From the IMG/VR virus record IMGVR_UViG_3300045988_024066: a stretch of DNA of 5,023 nt; one strand, 5' to 3'. Shown here piece after piece: positions 4,479 through 5,023 of the stretch. The notes under the pieces were generated by a model. That model saw only the letters and a program-made list of their open reading frames with translations. It was not told the origin of the DNA and did not search any database. The stretch's first letter is position 1. Every line of letters begins with the position of its first letter. A program made the position numbers and the translations under genes. The stretch is from a virus.

Positions 4479-4728
4479 CTCCTTTTCTATAATGAATTAA
4501 GAATCTACGAATCATAAGATGCGTAATATTAGGCAAAACAAAATATTCATTATCGAGGCGGATAACATTACAATCATCGGGCTTAATACGATAAGCGGCG
4601 TATTTAGATCCTCTGAAAATAAAGTTAAAAGGAATATTTTTGCGTTTGCAAAAAAGAGAAACAGCAGCAAACTCACTAGAAAATCGATCTATAAAATCAT
4701 CTCCTTTTCTGATTAAATAATAACACAA
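4447..4728 (-). CDS. Hypothetical protein, 93 codons as drawn (family not recognised); start codon uncertain
   Basis: The frame carries the same strong T-ending codon bias as the identified genes (GAT, TTT, GCT, GTT, TCT, CTT, AAT, ATT, CCT, TAT, CGT, TGT), so it is very likely coding. The start shown in the track is TTG 4728..4726, immediately after the VP4 stop, with AAGGT 7 nt upstream. The only in-frame ATG is near the C-terminus. Confidence 0.6.
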   Translation of the reverse strand: MCYYLIRKGDDFIDRFSSEFAAVSLFCKRKNIPFNFIFRGSKYAAYRIKPDDCNVIRLDNEYFVLPNITHLMIRRFLIHYRKGDVDTETLFNL

Positions 4729-4745
4729 TCACAATACCTTGTCAA
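4717..4745 (-). promoter_or_regulatory. Candidate sigma70-like promoter inside the 3' end of VP4: TTGACA-N17-TATTAT with a TGn extended -10
   Basis: The minus strand reads TTGACA (4745..4740), a 17-nt spacer AGGTATTGTGATTGTGT, then TATTAT (4722..4717). The spacer ends in TGT, giving TGn. The predicted start near 4710 falls just upstream of AGAAAAGGAGATG. The site lies within coding sequence, so it could be coincidental. Confidence 0.35.
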
Positions 4746-5023
4746 GTTTTCTGCCAAGAAAATGCTTATACCTACCTTCCTGAACACGACAACGATCAAC
4801 CAAACGCTCAAAAGTATTATTCTCAAAGTTATGAAGCATCTTCTCAATACGGTTAGAACGAATAAACTCCATCCAGTGAGGATGCGTTTCATCAAATTTC
4901 TTATCGTAGTAACGAGGAGGACGCATTTTTTTTCCGTTGATAACAATATAATCATTGGAATAACATTCTTCACCATGTTCTTCGAGCCATTTAGCACCTA
5001 TCCCAGGGCGATTGGACGCAACC
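4729..5023 (-). CDS. VP4: Replication initiation protein VP4, 3' part (4924..4729 is unique sequence; 5023..4925 duplicates 99..1)
   Basis: The track ORF 4729..4926 (MRPPRYYDKKFDETHPHWMEFIRSNRIEKMLHNFENNTFERLVDRCRVQEGRYKHFLGRKLDKVL) begins at a codon made of positions 2, 1 and 4924 of the circle. That codon is in frame with the ORF started at 716 and is Met239 of VP4. Total length is 716 + 196 = 912 nt, or 303 aa plus the TGA stop at 4731..4729. Confidence 0.92.
   Translation of the reverse strand, partial: VASNRPGIGAKWLEEHGEECYSNDYIVINGKKMRPPRYYDKKFDETHPHWMEFIRSNRIEKMLHNFENNTFERLVDRCRVQEGRYKHFLGRKLDKVL
4925..5023 (+). repeat. Right copy of the exact 99-nt terminal direct repeat (circular assembly overlap)
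   Basis: Identical to 1-99. The window ends exactly at the end of the repeat. Confidence 0.97.

Larger units (their letters stand above)
1..4924 (-). mobile_element. Complete circular ssDNA phage genome, Microviridae (gokushovirus-like), unit length 4,924 nt; minus strand of the window is the coding (viral sense) strand
   Basis: The window holds the full gokushovirus gene set (VP1, VP2, VP3, VP4, VP5-like, small Arg-rich protein), all on one strand. An exact 99-nt terminal overlap closes the circle, and the VP4 reading frame stays open across the junction. No homologues of the phiX174-type external scaffold D, spike G or lysis protein E are evident. Size is in the usual microvirus range. Confidence 0.9.

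Noticed and set aside
4729-4926. 65-aa ORF listed as if it were an independent gene
   Set aside because: It is the C-terminal 65 codons of VP4. Its apparent start is internal Met239, and the upstream part of the gene lies at 716..1 across the circular junction.

Overview
This window is one complete, circularly permuted genome of a small ssDNA phage of the family Microviridae, with gokushovirus-type gene content. Positions 1-99 are base-for-base identical to 4925-5023, which is the overlap left when a circle is assembled, so the unit genome is 4,924 nt. Every credible gene is on the window minus strand. Genes are tightly packed, use mostly T-ending codons, and almost all follow a strong Shine-Dalgarno (SD) site. 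Order on the minus strand: VP4 replication initiator (716->1, wrapping to 4924->4729; 303 aa with HUH and YxxxY motifs); an orphan 93-codon ORF (4728->4447); a VP5-like small protein (4478->4188); a structured intergenic block with an intrinsic terminator and a GC-rich palindrome (4159->4096); VP3 internal scaffold (4080->3598); a 17-bp hairpin (3597->3549); VP1 major capsid (3526->1817); VP2 minor capsid/pilot (1804->1118); a 79-codon membrane-anchored orphan (1105->866); and a 36-codon arginine-rich J/ORF8-like gene (869->759) that is too short for the supplied ORF track. I see no rRNA, tRNA, CRISPR array, IS element or integrase. All plus-strand ORFs, and the hydrophobic minus-strand ORFs nested in VP4 and VP1, look like frame artefacts. 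Items worth a second look: the two orphan genes (ORF79 as a possible lysis gene, ORF93 with an unresolved start codon next to a duplicated SD-ATG 13-mer), the unlisted Arg-rich mini-gene coupled by an ATGA overlap, the structured intergenic elements (candidate transcription boundary or complementary-strand origin), three promoter-like sites with perfect TTGACA boxes, and one +1-frame hydrophobic ORF inside VP4 that has its own SD. All family assignments come from motif recognition by eye, not from a database search.
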